Below, piece by piece: positions 23,291-32,882 of a stretch of 64,000 nt of DNA; within the stretch, counting starts at the first letter, position 1, and each line of letters begins with the position of its first letter. Location of the stretch: NCBI RefSeq assembly GCF_964204645.1, contig NC_134026.1, forward strand, positions 1,015,950 to 1,079,949, in the 5' to 3' direction. This stretch comes from Tubulanus polymorphus. Its lineage: Eukaryota > Animalia > Nemertea. The notes beneath the pieces are model-generated. The model saw only the letters and a list, made by a program, of their open reading frames with translations. It searched no databases and was not told the DNA's origin. Both the position numbers and the translations under genes were made by a program.

Positions 23291-24968
23291 AGGTATATTT
23301 ACTCGGTTTCGTCGCCTCGAAGCATTTTCCGTCTTCAGGACATTGAAATCAAATATCTTCCAGCAGATCTAAGTTGAATTAGTAATTAATTGAATCAGTA
23401 GTTATCATATTTTGCTTAACAGCGTTATTTTCAGAGATATAGATATAAGAAATATCGTTGTCTGTTGTCGTGGTTCTGTTTGGAATGAATGAACTACAAG
23501 ATAATTTCTAACGATTATTATTTCACGATGGCTTCGCGGCAATCTGTTGTGTTCGATCGAGAAGTCGGGTGATATGCTAAATGTACGTACTGTCATAGCA
23601 TTCAATGCTTTTTACATAATACTCTAAATTCTTTCGGGTAATGGAAGCCTTATCAAATTACGGGAAAAATGCGACGAAAGCCGCTGAGAAAGAAATCAGT
23701 GAAGTACGTATTAAACAGTGTCATATTTGACATTCTTGTGATACAATAGCGCACATTGAAGTACATCTACTTTCGTTGTACTAATAACGCATTGACTTCG
23801 TTGTTTCCTTTTAAAACCACTACGAATGTAGAGTTTTTGAATTGAAAATCAGTCTCCGCGTGGTAAACATGTTTTACATTTTAGGGACGTTTTACAACTC
23901 GTGAAACATAAAATTCCAGTTAAGCCGTACGCAATTAGATAGGTTTTTGCCGACGCGACATCAAAATGATCAACCGATCGAGAATTCAAGTTAATCTTCG
24001 TCTCAGAGTTGTATGGGATTTGACAAAACAGCATGATTAACTAAAGCAGGGAATATCCGTCAAATGGTGAAATATCAAACAAACGATTCACTGTGTAATA
24101 AGTCGCTTGAGGATATCAAACAGAATTCTCTCCTCTCGACAGCTGCTGTCGCCGTACTGCCGCAGCCAACTGTAATGAATTTACAGCTATATCATTTCGG
24201 TCCTGTTTTATCCTAACCTAATCCTGCATGTTTTTTGGCCGACGCCGTTGGAAGAAATGTTTAAGGGTCAGTAAACTCATCCGCGCGTCGAATGTGGTCG
24301 GAAAACTGAAATGATGTCAATAGAATGTCTCACAACAGCCATACGTCACCTTCTGGATGATGTCCGCATTTTTTCCCATGACACTTTTCAGATTAGACGA
24401 TGCATCGCATATGTTATTTGTTAGACGGTTGGGACTTTTTTTGTTTGTCTTTCCTTTCGCCCGGGGCTCCGTTCAATAACCATTCAATAAGCCCGCTTAC
24501 TGGGCGCTCGGTCGAGTAGATTCGAATTGCCTACTGCCTCTTTCGAAAGGCATATTCCGGCGTCTTAGAGTGCGGATCAATAGGGGACTTAGGTAAGTAT
24601 TGACTGCTCTTGCCCCCGAGGAATCTTATTGGCAAATGTGATTTCGTGTCGTAAAATAAATGAACGGAAAATACTTTACGTCTGATTTGATTTGCAAAAC
24701 TACTGAAAAAAGACGTCGTCTATTTTCAGTCGTCTAGTGATGCTGTTATGTACTCTTTGATTGAAAATGAAATACGTAGAATGGTTGATGATCATTTAAA
24801 CTTTTTCTCCCTGAGCAGAGGTGGATCAAAAAATTATCACATTACATAATTCCTGCTGGTTATATAAACATTATTCGATTTATTCGTAGAAAGTTCTGAA
24901 AATGAAAGAAAGTTCAAATCGATCGATTCATAACGAGGTAAATCAAGCAGAAGAGAATGGATGTATAG

Positions 24969-25302
24969 ATGATGGAATTGCCCGTGCCAATAGGCTGTGC
25001 CAAAAGTGTGATTTAGAGGCAGTGGGGGATGAATATCACTTTTTACTCGTCTGCCCGTACTTCCAGGAATCCAGAGCTAGATATATCCCGGAGCGTTATT
25101 GGAGATTCCCCAATAACGTAAAGTTGTATGATTTGTTTAACTCGAATTGCCAAACCCTTAAAAAACTGGCGTTGTATATACGCAAATGTTTAATACATTT
25201 CTAATGTTATATGTTGGAATGTATATTGTAAAATAATTGTGTTCTCTGTGCAATTGTATAATTGTGGAGTAAATAAACTAATTGTAATCGTAATTGTAAT
25301 TG
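24969..25302 (+). mobile_element. 5'-truncated LINE 3' fragment (C-terminal CCHC zinc knuckle, RTE-X-like)
   Basis: RLCQKCDLEAVGDEYHFLLVCPYF..R...LALYIRKC, stop at 25204, AATAAA at 25272, (ATTGTA)n-like tail. Confidence 0.8.
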
Positions 25303-26424
25303 ACTTTGTTTACAGTAATGTTCGATTCTACAAGCATTTACAATATTTCTACACAAGTTATACATCTACTTCTAACGAGCGCCTACCACAGATATTATCA
25401 CATTGTACACTGCGTAAATTGTAATTAGTCATACTTTTGCATTTCGGAATCAAACAGCTGAACAAATAAGCATTTACATTAAAAGTTATCGGTTCTTGAG
25501 AAACGACTCGTACGCAAGGCATCAAAAACGTTAAGTCTTAAACATCAAATTAGTTTTTACGACGAAACTCCTCAAGCGAGTGTCATTAATCAAACCTGTT
25601 CGACCTGTTGACACGTTAACCAATATTGGCCGCGTGACGTTCAAATATCATGATGCATCGGTTTCAGCCGATTCCATCTTCAAGTAATTATTGGTACGAA
25701 TAACCTGGCGACAATCTAATCACGCAGCCACATACACCGTCCACACCACACATACCACCGCCGAGGAGTTGAACGTCCTCTACGAAAGTCGTCGGGAAGA
25801 AAAGACCTGCCCGCTCCGCGCGGCCCGATCGAATCAGGAATTAATGAACAGATTTTTTTTTGTATCTGATTCTGACGATGATTTATCAATCACGCTGCTA
25901 TTTTGATTGATAAAATTTCCTGCGTACGACGGCGCCGCAGTAAACTTACAGTCTATGCACGTACGAAGCTCCGAATGAAAATCGCTTTTAGATTGCCTCA
26001 CAGTCTTAATGGTTTTGAATACGAGTGATGGATTAATAAATTGTGCATCGATCTTTTAGTCTGCTGGTTGCGCTTTTCACCGAAGATTTGAAGATGAAAA
26101 TCCTTAATCTTATTAATGTCAATATCTAATCTGTTTGAATATGATACAACGAGCGTTCGCGGAAGTATCTCTTACCATTTTCTACGTCTTGAAATCGGAG
26201 ACTTTCAAGTGTCCAGAAGTACGCACTCGAATCTGTAGAAAACACGTGTGATGATTGAAAGTGATAGACAGAGCGACGTGACATTGTGCTTCTCTACAGA
26301 CAGAAAGGATCCATCTCTGAATAATTGAAGCTTGAAATGTATCTTAATGAGATAATGCATCCGACTGAAATCTGCTTTCCCCTCGCTACAGCAGTTTGAC
26401 GTATGAAAACAGGGGGATTTCAAC

Positions 26425-26662
26425 GGAGGGAGAGGGATGGAGAGAGAGGGGAGGGGAGGGATGGAGAGAGAGAGGGGAGGGAGAGGGATGGAGAGGGAGG
26501 GGGAAGAGGGATGGAGAGAGAGGGGAGGGATGGAGAGAAAGAAGGGGGATGGATAGAGAGAGGGAGGAAGAGGGATGGAGAGAGAGAGGGGATGGAGGGG
26601 GTGGAGAGAGAGGAGGGGGAGGAGAGAGAGAGGGAGGGAGAGGGATGGAGATAGAGGATGGG
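26425..26662. repeat. GA-rich polypurine low-complexity repeat, left part
   Basis: (GAGAG/GGGAT/GGAG)n with almost no pyrimidines. Confidence 0.95.
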
Positions 26663-26904
26663 TGTGGCGTTGCGAGTCACAAAGAAGACCAGGTTCGGAG
26701 ATAAAAGAAGAGAAAGACTAAAAACACGACGGGTTCAGTCTACAGATCATAAGATACTCGTTTATTTCGGTAACACACAGGCTAACCACCTGTCCCGACT
26801 GCACATGCGCATGCTAATATATATGATGATTCGCTACATAGGCTAAGTGGGAGTAAACACTATATGGTTACTGACATATTTACATAAACATCCTGTTCTC
26901 GACA
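26663..26904 (-). repeat. 3' LTR of the BEL/Pao element
   Basis: tgtggcgttg...ttctcgaca, 242 bp; preceded on the - strand by a PPT-like cccggagaaa. Confidence 0.95.
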
Positions 26905-27076
26905 TTTCTCCGGGGCGACAAAGGTAAACAAATAAAGAGTAAGAACGGAGAGATATATGACTAATCATTACAATGGATTAAGTAAATAAAGCTTATGGAA
27001 ATCAATAAACAACTAAACGTTAATTCAAAATACGATTAAATAGTAAATTCAGGCATTGATAGTAACTATTATGCAA

Positions 27077-30000
27077 CTATTTCAAACATTCGACGATTTT
27101 TGCACGAGCCTTTCGCGCTGCGTTTCGCACGGGTCGCGGATCGGAGGCTATAACGGGGCCAGGCTCTTTAAAGTTCATATCGGTGTTAATTTCAAGCGGG
27201 AACAGTTTATTTATAGGTCGGCTAGTATTTGTAGTGCCCATTCTAATTTCTGCTGAACGAACTGCGCCGTCGTTCCCGTAGTTCAGTTTCGTTACGATCG
27301 CAAGCTTCCAGTTAATTCTACGTTTTTGGTCGTCGTGTACGAGTACAACGTCTCCTGATCGAATCTCGCTTGTTCTGCCATTATTTCGCATGGACAGATG
27401 TCGTTCACGTAGCGCAATAACGTATTCGTTGGTCCAACGAGACCGAAAATGTTCGAAGAGTTCCATCACTCTTTGTGCGCGTTTCTGGAGGTTTTGTGTG
27501 TTTATCGAAACACCATACTCCGGATCACTGATAGCATCGGTATCAGATAGGTGCGGTAGATTCGACATAACTCGTCCGTGAAGGAGGTGCGATGGTGTTA
27601 GCGGTTCTGGATCAGTTACGTCATCGGACAAATACGTAAGCGGGCGGTTGTTGATCACCATTTCGATTTCCGCGACGAGCGTAATAAGTTCAGACATCGA
27701 TATGTATGCGCGGACTAAAACACGTTTCAGAACTTGTTTCGTAAGTCCAACTAAACGTTCCCAAAAGCCACCATGCCATGGGGCGGCCTTTGGTATAAAT
27801 ACCCATTCAACATTTTTCTCGAGCATGTATTTTCGAACCGAATGAATATCGAGAAGCTTCTTTATTTCTCCCGCCGCGGCCACGAATGCCGATCCATTAT
27901 CACTTATCAACTTTTGGGGTAAGGATCGACGTGCGGCGAAACGTCGGAAGGCGAGAAGAAATGTGGCACACGACATATCAGAAACAACCTCGAGATGAAC
28001 GGCACGTGTGTTCGCACATGTAAACAAGATAATATACGCTTTCGCTTCTCTGTTGTTATCTCTCACGAACAAATGTCCGGTGAAATCCACTCCCGTTACG
28101 GTAAAGGGAGGGGCATCTGTCAGCCTGCTCTTCTGCAACGGTGCAGGGTCCGGTAGTGGGTATGGCTGACCACTAATGATTTTGCAATTGTAACATTTTC
28201 GCAACAGAGATTTAACGATTTTCCTGATACTTTGAATCCAATACGTTTGTCGAATACGGTTAATCGTTGATTCTGTACCCAAATGAAGTGCTCTCGCGTG
28301 AGCATCAATCACAGTTAACTCGGTAAATCGCCCTTTCGGGGGAAGTAATATTGGGAATTTCGCGCCATAATCAATCGGGGCGTTATGGAGTCTCCCTCCA
28401 ACTCTCAACAAACTATCATCGCCAATAAACAACCGTAGCTGTTTTGTCAGGGGCGCTCGCGATTTTGCATGATAACCCTGCAGCACGAAAATTTCATTCG
28501 AATAATTAGCATTTTGCACAGCTTTAATCCACGCCGTTCTAGCTCGGGCTATATCATTCGGCGTCAGATCCGCGGCGGACCGATCTGTCTGGCGTTGAAG
28601 TTTCGCGACAAACAAGAAAACGTAAGCGGTGACACGTAATAATGATCCCAACTCTATGAATCGTTCAATGTCGATTAATTCTACCAAACCAATCCGTTCG
28701 TCCTCCGCGTCTTCAACCTGCCCGGGTTGAGGATCGTTGATGTGGAGGATATTAACTGTGCTAGTGTCAGCGTATAATTTATCCACGGGCCAGTCGCCAT
28801 GTTTCAGCCATTCGGGGCCAAACCACCACAAATTAGAATGCCGTAGTTTCTCGGAGTCGATTCCACGCGACAGTATGTCTGCCGGATTATCAGACGTCGG
28901 GCAGTAACGGTACTCGTCAATTTTGATAGATTTAATCTGTTTCACGCGGTTGCTGACGAATACTGGTAACTTTCGATCGGAGTTCAACCAACAAAGCACA
29001 ATCTGACTATCGCTCCAAAGCACTTTTTTGGTTATAGCGATTTCGGAACCGAGCGATTCAGTTACATAATCGATAAGCTTCGAACCGGTCAAAGCAGCAA
29101 GTAATTCCAGTCGTGGAATAGTTAATTCCTTTACTGGTGCGACACGTGTCTTAGACATAACAAACGATGTATCATGCTGGTTTCGTAAATAAACCACAGC
29201 TCCAAATGCTGCTTTGCTACTATCAGCAAACACGTGTATTTCATAATTCTGGGTTTGCGGTTGACTTAAGTATTTCCTTGATAACACAATTTCTGACGCA
29301 CGTGACAAATCATTCCGAATCGAGAACCATTTTTCTCGCATTGATTCGTCCTGTACTGGGTCGTCCCAGCCTAGATTAAGTTTCCAGAGTTCCTGGATGT
29401 ACATCTTAGCCCTGACCTGTACGGGGGCCAGAAAACCAAGCGGATCATATAACTTCGACGCCGCGCTAACTACCTCACGTTTTGTCACCAGATCGGACGT
29501 TCCGTCATCTACCTTGATGCTAAGGGTGTCGTTATGAGTGTCCCATCGGATCCCGAGGACGTTCGCGATGGGTTTCGACTCGGCTACTCCATCCGAGCTC
29601 GCCAAATTACGCAGTCTCTGGCAATTAGTTGCCCACGCTCTGAGGGCCAAGCCTGCAGAATTCATTATTTCGTTTGATTGTGCATAAAAGTTTATCGCTT
29701 TGTCCTCAGATGTTACTCCAGTGACGATATTATCCACGTATATGTTTTCGGCCAATTTCCCCGCGGTTTCGCAATCGTAATTGGCTAAGTGGGATTTGAC
29801 AGTGGCGTTAAGAACAAACGGGCTCGAGACCGCTCCGAACAGGATACTTTTAAACTGAAGTACTTTGAAATCGCTTTCTGGATCATTCGGGTCGGTTAAC
29901 CACAAGAATTTGGTATACTTCCGATCGTGTTCGTGGAGTCTTATTTGTAAAAATGCCTTTTCGATATCGGTAGATATTCCTGTAGAGTACAATCGAAATC

Positions 30001-32401
30001 GCAACAATATAGATACCAAATCGTTTAGGAGCGGGGGTCCAGTTTCCAAGCAATCATTCAACGACGGTTCGCTTCCGACTCTACAACTGCAGTCGAAAAC
30101 GATTCTGAGGGGCGTGGTAGTAGAGTCCTTTTTTACTCCTCGGTGGGGTAAATAGTGTCCGATACTAGAGATGTCATGTGTTACATCCTCTATGAAATCA
30201 CGCGACAGTTGTTCTTCAATTATTGCATCGTATACGGTTCTCATTTCTGCGGATAAACGGCGTATCATACTGCGAGTCCGTGCTTCGGCCACGTGTCTGT
30301 TGTCCGGCAAGGGGGCGTGGCTTTCTTTCCAAGGTAGTTTCGCAGTATAGCGTCCATCGCTATCAACAGTTAGATGGGTTTTAATATAGTCCGAATAAGC
30401 AAGTCCACGGTTTTTTATCAAAGAAGCGTCATCTTTGATGCCGATCGTTTCTAAGTCCCAAAACGATTGTAATGAGACTTCCTCTCCGCGGTGCGAATTG
30501 AGATCCATATTTCTCACACAAGATACGTTGAGAACGGTTGAATTCCTTACTCCGGTGAGTAAGGTGTGGCTCGGTATGGGCCCTGATAAGAGATACCCTA
30601 TACGTGATGAAACGGCAGTCGGGCCGTAGCCCTTCACGGTATTATCGCCGACTATAGACCAGTAGTAATCGGCGCCAATTAATACATCGATATCAAAGTC
30701 GCCGGTTATTGATGATGGCTGTTCCGCTAGAGTTAGGTTTCGCAGATGCGGAAGATCCAAAACTTTATTGTTTACAAGATTGCTGATTGGCGTGGAGATG
30801 GTCGGTATCACGAGGGCTTCAATTAGTATCGGTGAACCCTCTGATGACGCGATGTTAAAGTTCGTTCTTTGAAGTAATCGCCGACCGGCCAGTTGTTCTC
30901 CGAACGTCGCTAGATTGATTTCCTCTTGGCCCAGATGTGGGAGATTTAAGCTGACAGAAATTCGCGTCGTGATAAACGATCTATGGCTGCCTTCGTCCAG
31001 TAAAATGTTTATCTTACGACCATTCGAGCGGTTATTAGCGGAAGTTGATGGCGAAAAAATCTCCGCCACAGCTGTTTTAAGAAGTATGGGCCCATCTGGT
31101 CGTGGTTGTTGGGCGCCGGCATACGTTTGATGAACAGTTTTTATATCGTGAGAATCGCTTCTGCTTCCGTTTTGTGGTCGATCTTTCGTAGAAATCTCGC
31201 GCGTTTCTGTAAGGGAGGAACCACATAGTAACGTGTGATGTTTCCCTCTGCACTTTTTACATGTGTTCTTGGATTTACAGTCCCGAGAACGATGAGTGCC
31301 CATGCAATTATAACAAAGTTTATCTCGTTTAACGATATCCAGGCGTTTCTCTGGTTCGGTTACAAGAACACAATCTGACGCGAAATGTGTCCCTTTACAA
31401 AATGTACATTTTAATGGTTTTCTCTTGATCGCATTGCCCACGTGGAACGCTGACGTGGTACCCAGGTGAGCAGTTTCTGGGTACACTGAAACTCCTGCCT
31501 GGAACGCTGTTATCTCTCTCGAAAGGGCATCTCGCAACGACTGGAGACTCCAATTCGCGCCGTTATTATCCCTCGTTATCTGTCGTCGTATCATCCCAGG
31601 CAGTTTATCTAAGATAATCGGAGTCAACAAATCTCCGTAGCTATCTTCGTTTTTTCCGAGTGCACTTAGTCCTCGGATATATGTTTCCAGTTTGTCCGAA
31701 AATTCCATCAGACTCTGCATGTCTTCTGTCGGTCGCGAAAGTTCCCATAACGCTCGCATATATGCACTGATAATGATTTGCGGTTGCCCATACCTTTTTA
31801 TCAGTACTTGAAGTGCGTTCGCATAATTCGACGCGGTGAGGGCCAGACCCTCGATCGTTCTGTAAGCTTCGCCGTTAAGTTGTGCGCGTAAGTATTGGAA
31901 CTTAACGACGTCGTCGAGATTCGGGTCGTCGTTGACCGCTGAATTGAATCCGTCTATGAATTCCTGCCATTTGAGTAAATCGCCGTCGAATTTGGCGAGC
32001 GTAAGTTTAGGTAGATTTACCTTGTTCGGGCGAAATGGCGTCACAGAAGCACCGGAATTGTTCATCGAAGAATTATGAGGTTGCGTTGTGTGCTTCGCCT
32101 TTTCTACAAATCGGATTATTCGGCCGCGTTTTTCGATGACGCTAGATCTGAAGTCCTCTGCTTCTTGAATCGTGTCTGAAAGATGCGTTAAAGGAGTTAG
32201 GTCCTCGATCGTCGAGTCTAGCTTCTCTAGTCGACTTAACTTTTCTGTGATCTGCTCGATGTAGATATTTAGTAAATCTACATCGTCTTCGGTCGTTCGA
32301 AAATCTTCGACGATTGTTGACGATTTCACGACGAGATCATCAACTTTCTGCCTGATTGCAGTTCGTGTGATTGTCGACCGGTTCAGTTGAGTATCCTCCA
32401 T
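27077..32401 (-). CDS. BEL/Pao Gag-Pol polyprotein (gag, three zinc knuckles, aspartic protease, RT, RNase H, integrase)
   Basis: LPKLTLAKFDGD (BEL gag); CTFC..H..C, CYNC..H..C, CKKC..H..C; LLDEGS; DIEKAF and YVDN; VFADSS, PRLEL, WSDS, NPAD; H..H/CYNC, VDF, SDNG, WERLV. First ATG at 32401 (MEDTQ). Confidence 0.97.
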   Translation of the reverse strand: MEDTQLNRSTITRTAIRQKVDDLVVKSSTIVEDFRTTEDDVDLLNIYIEQITEKLSRLEKLDSTIEDLTPLTHLSDTIQEAEDFRSSVIEKRGRIIRFVEKAKHTTQPHNSSMNNSGASVTPFRPNKVNLPKLTLAKFDGDLLKWQEFIDGFNSAVNDDPNLDDVVKFQYLRAQLNGEAYRTIEGLALTASNYANALQVLIKRYGQPQIIISAYMRALWELSRPTEDMQSLMEFSDKLETYIRGLSALGKNEDSYGDLLTPIILDKLPGMIRRQITRDNNGANWSLQSLRDALSREITAFQAGVSVYPETAHLGTTSAFHVGNAIKRKPLKCTFCKGTHFASDCVLVTEPEKRLDIVKRDKLCYNCMGTHRSRDCKSKNTCKKCRGKHHTLLCGSSLTETREISTKDRPQNGSRSDSHDIKTVHQTYAGAQQPRPDGPILLKTAVAEIFSPSTSANNRSNGRKINILLDEGSHRSFITTRISVSLNLPHLGQEEINLATFGEQLAGRRLLQRTNFNIASSEGSPILIEALVIPTISTPISNLVNNKVLDLPHLRNLTLAEQPSSITGDFDIDVLIGADYYWSIVGDNTVKGYGPTAVSSRIGYLLSGPIPSHTLLTGVRNSTVLNVSCVRNMDLNSHRGEEVSLQSFWDLETIGIKDDASLIKNRGLAYSDYIKTHLTVDSDGRYTAKLPWKESHAPLPDNRHVAEARTRSMIRRLSAEMRTVYDAIIEEQLSRDFIEDVTHDISSIGHYLPHRGVKKDSTTTPLRIVFDCSCRVGSEPSLNDCLETGPPLLNDLVSILLRFRLYSTGISTDIEKAFLQIRLHEHDRKYTKFLWLTDPNDPESDFKVLQFKSILFGAVSSPFVLNATVKSHLANYDCETAGKLAENIYVDNIVTGVTSEDKAINFYAQSNEIMNSAGLALRAWATNCQRLRNLASSDGVAESKPIANVLGIRWDTHNDTLSIKVDDGTSDLVTKREVVSAASKLYDPLGFLAPVQVRAKMYIQELWKLNLGWDDPVQDESMREKWFSIRNDLSRASEIVLSRKYLSQPQTQNYEIHVFADSSKAAFGAVVYLRNQHDTSFVMSKTRVAPVKELTIPRLELLAALTGSKLIDYVTESLGSEIAITKKVLWSDSQIVLCWLNSDRKLPVFVSNRVKQIKSIKIDEYRYCPTSDNPADILSRGIDSEKLRHSNLWWFGPEWLKHGDWPVDKLYADTSTVNILHINDPQPGQVEDAEDERIGLVELIDIERFIELGSLLRVTAYVFLFVAKLQRQTDRSAADLTPNDIARARTAWIKAVQNANYSNEIFVLQGYHAKSRAPLTKQLRLFIGDDSLLRVGGRLHNAPIDYGAKFPILLPPKGRFTELTVIDAHARALHLGTESTINRIRQTYWIQSIRKIVKSLLRKCYNCKIISGQPYPLPDPAPLQKSRLTDAPPFTVTGVDFTGHLFVRDNNREAKAYIILFTCANTRAVHLEVVSDMSCATFLLAFRRFAARRSLPQKLISDNGSAFVAAAGEIKKLLDIHSVRKYMLEKNVEWVFIPKAAPWHGGFWERLVGLTKQVLKRVLVRAYISMSELITLVAEIEMVINNRPLTYLSDDVTDPEPLTPSHLLHGRVMSNLPHLSDTDAISDPEYGVSINTQNLQKRAQRVMELFEHFRSRWTNEYVIALRERHLSMRNNGRTSEIRSGDVVLVHDDQKRRINWKLAIVTKLNYGNDGAVRSAEIRMGTTNTSRPINKLFPLEINTDMNFKEPGPVIASDPRPVRNAARKARAKIVECLK

Positions 32402-32408
32402 TCGGCTG

Positions 32409-32426
32409 ATCCTGGTCACGGCACCA
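32409..32426 (-). promoter_or_regulatory. Primer-binding site complementary to the tRNA-His 3' end
   Basis: Minus strand TGGTGCCGTGACCAGGAT, 1 nt inside the 5' LTR; matches ...ATCCTGGTCACGGCA-CCA of invertebrate tRNA-His as I recall it. Confidence 0.85.
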
Positions 32427-32427
32427 A

Positions 32428-32669
32428 TGTGGCGTTGCGAGTCACAAAGAAGACCAGGTTCGGAGATAAAAGAAGAGAAAGACTAAAAACACGACGGGTT
32501 CAGTCTACAGATCATAAGATACTCGTTTATTTCGGTAACACACAGGCTAACCACCTGTCCCGACTGCACATGCGCATGCTAATATATATGATGATTCGCT
32601 ACATAGGCTAAGTGGGAGTAAACACTATATGGTTACTGACATATTTACATAAACATCCTGTTCTCGACA
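32428..32669 (-). repeat. 5' LTR of the BEL/Pao element
   Basis: 242 bp, same sequence as 26663-26904. Confidence 0.95.
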
Positions 32670-32882
32670 ATGGGGAGGGATAGAGAGAGGGAGAGAGGGG
32701 AGAGGAGAGAGGGAGAGAGGGAGGAAGAGGGATGGAGAGAGAGAGATGGGATGGAGGGGTGGAGAGAGAGGAGGGGAGGAGAGAGAGGGGAGGGAGAGGG
32801 ATGGAGATAGAGGATGGGGAGGGATAGAGAGAGAGAGAGAGGGGAGAGGAGAGAGGGAGAGAGGGGAGAAGAGGTAGAGGGT
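32670..32882. repeat. GA-rich polypurine low-complexity repeat, right part
   Basis: Continues the 26425-26662 array. Confidence 0.95.

Larger units (their letters stand above)
26663..32669 (-). mobile_element. Full-length BEL/Pao LTR retrotransposon
   Basis: Two 242-bp TG...CA LTRs that appear identical, TSD atggg (26658-26662, 32670-32674), PBS, PPT-like tract and a single intact gag-pol ORF. Confidence 0.97.

Noticed and set aside
23300-23340. Minus-strand CTGAAGA...GAAAC hammerhead-like spacing (similar weak cases at ~12367-12388, ~14530, ~34535, ~36580-36606, ~57975-57998)
   Set aside because: Stem II does not pair or the GAAA box is missing, and no family boxes or TSD were found.
26396-26704. 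ORFs rich in G/E/R or S/L/P (also 32608-32901)
   Set aside because: Translations of the GA-rich low-complexity repeat.
26658-26846. Same short ORF in both LTRs (also 32387-32611)
   Set aside because: A consequence of LTR duplication; antisense to the element, with no domain.
27056-31130. Many short + strand ORFs inside the retrotransposon
   Set aside because: Antisense shadows of gag-pol.
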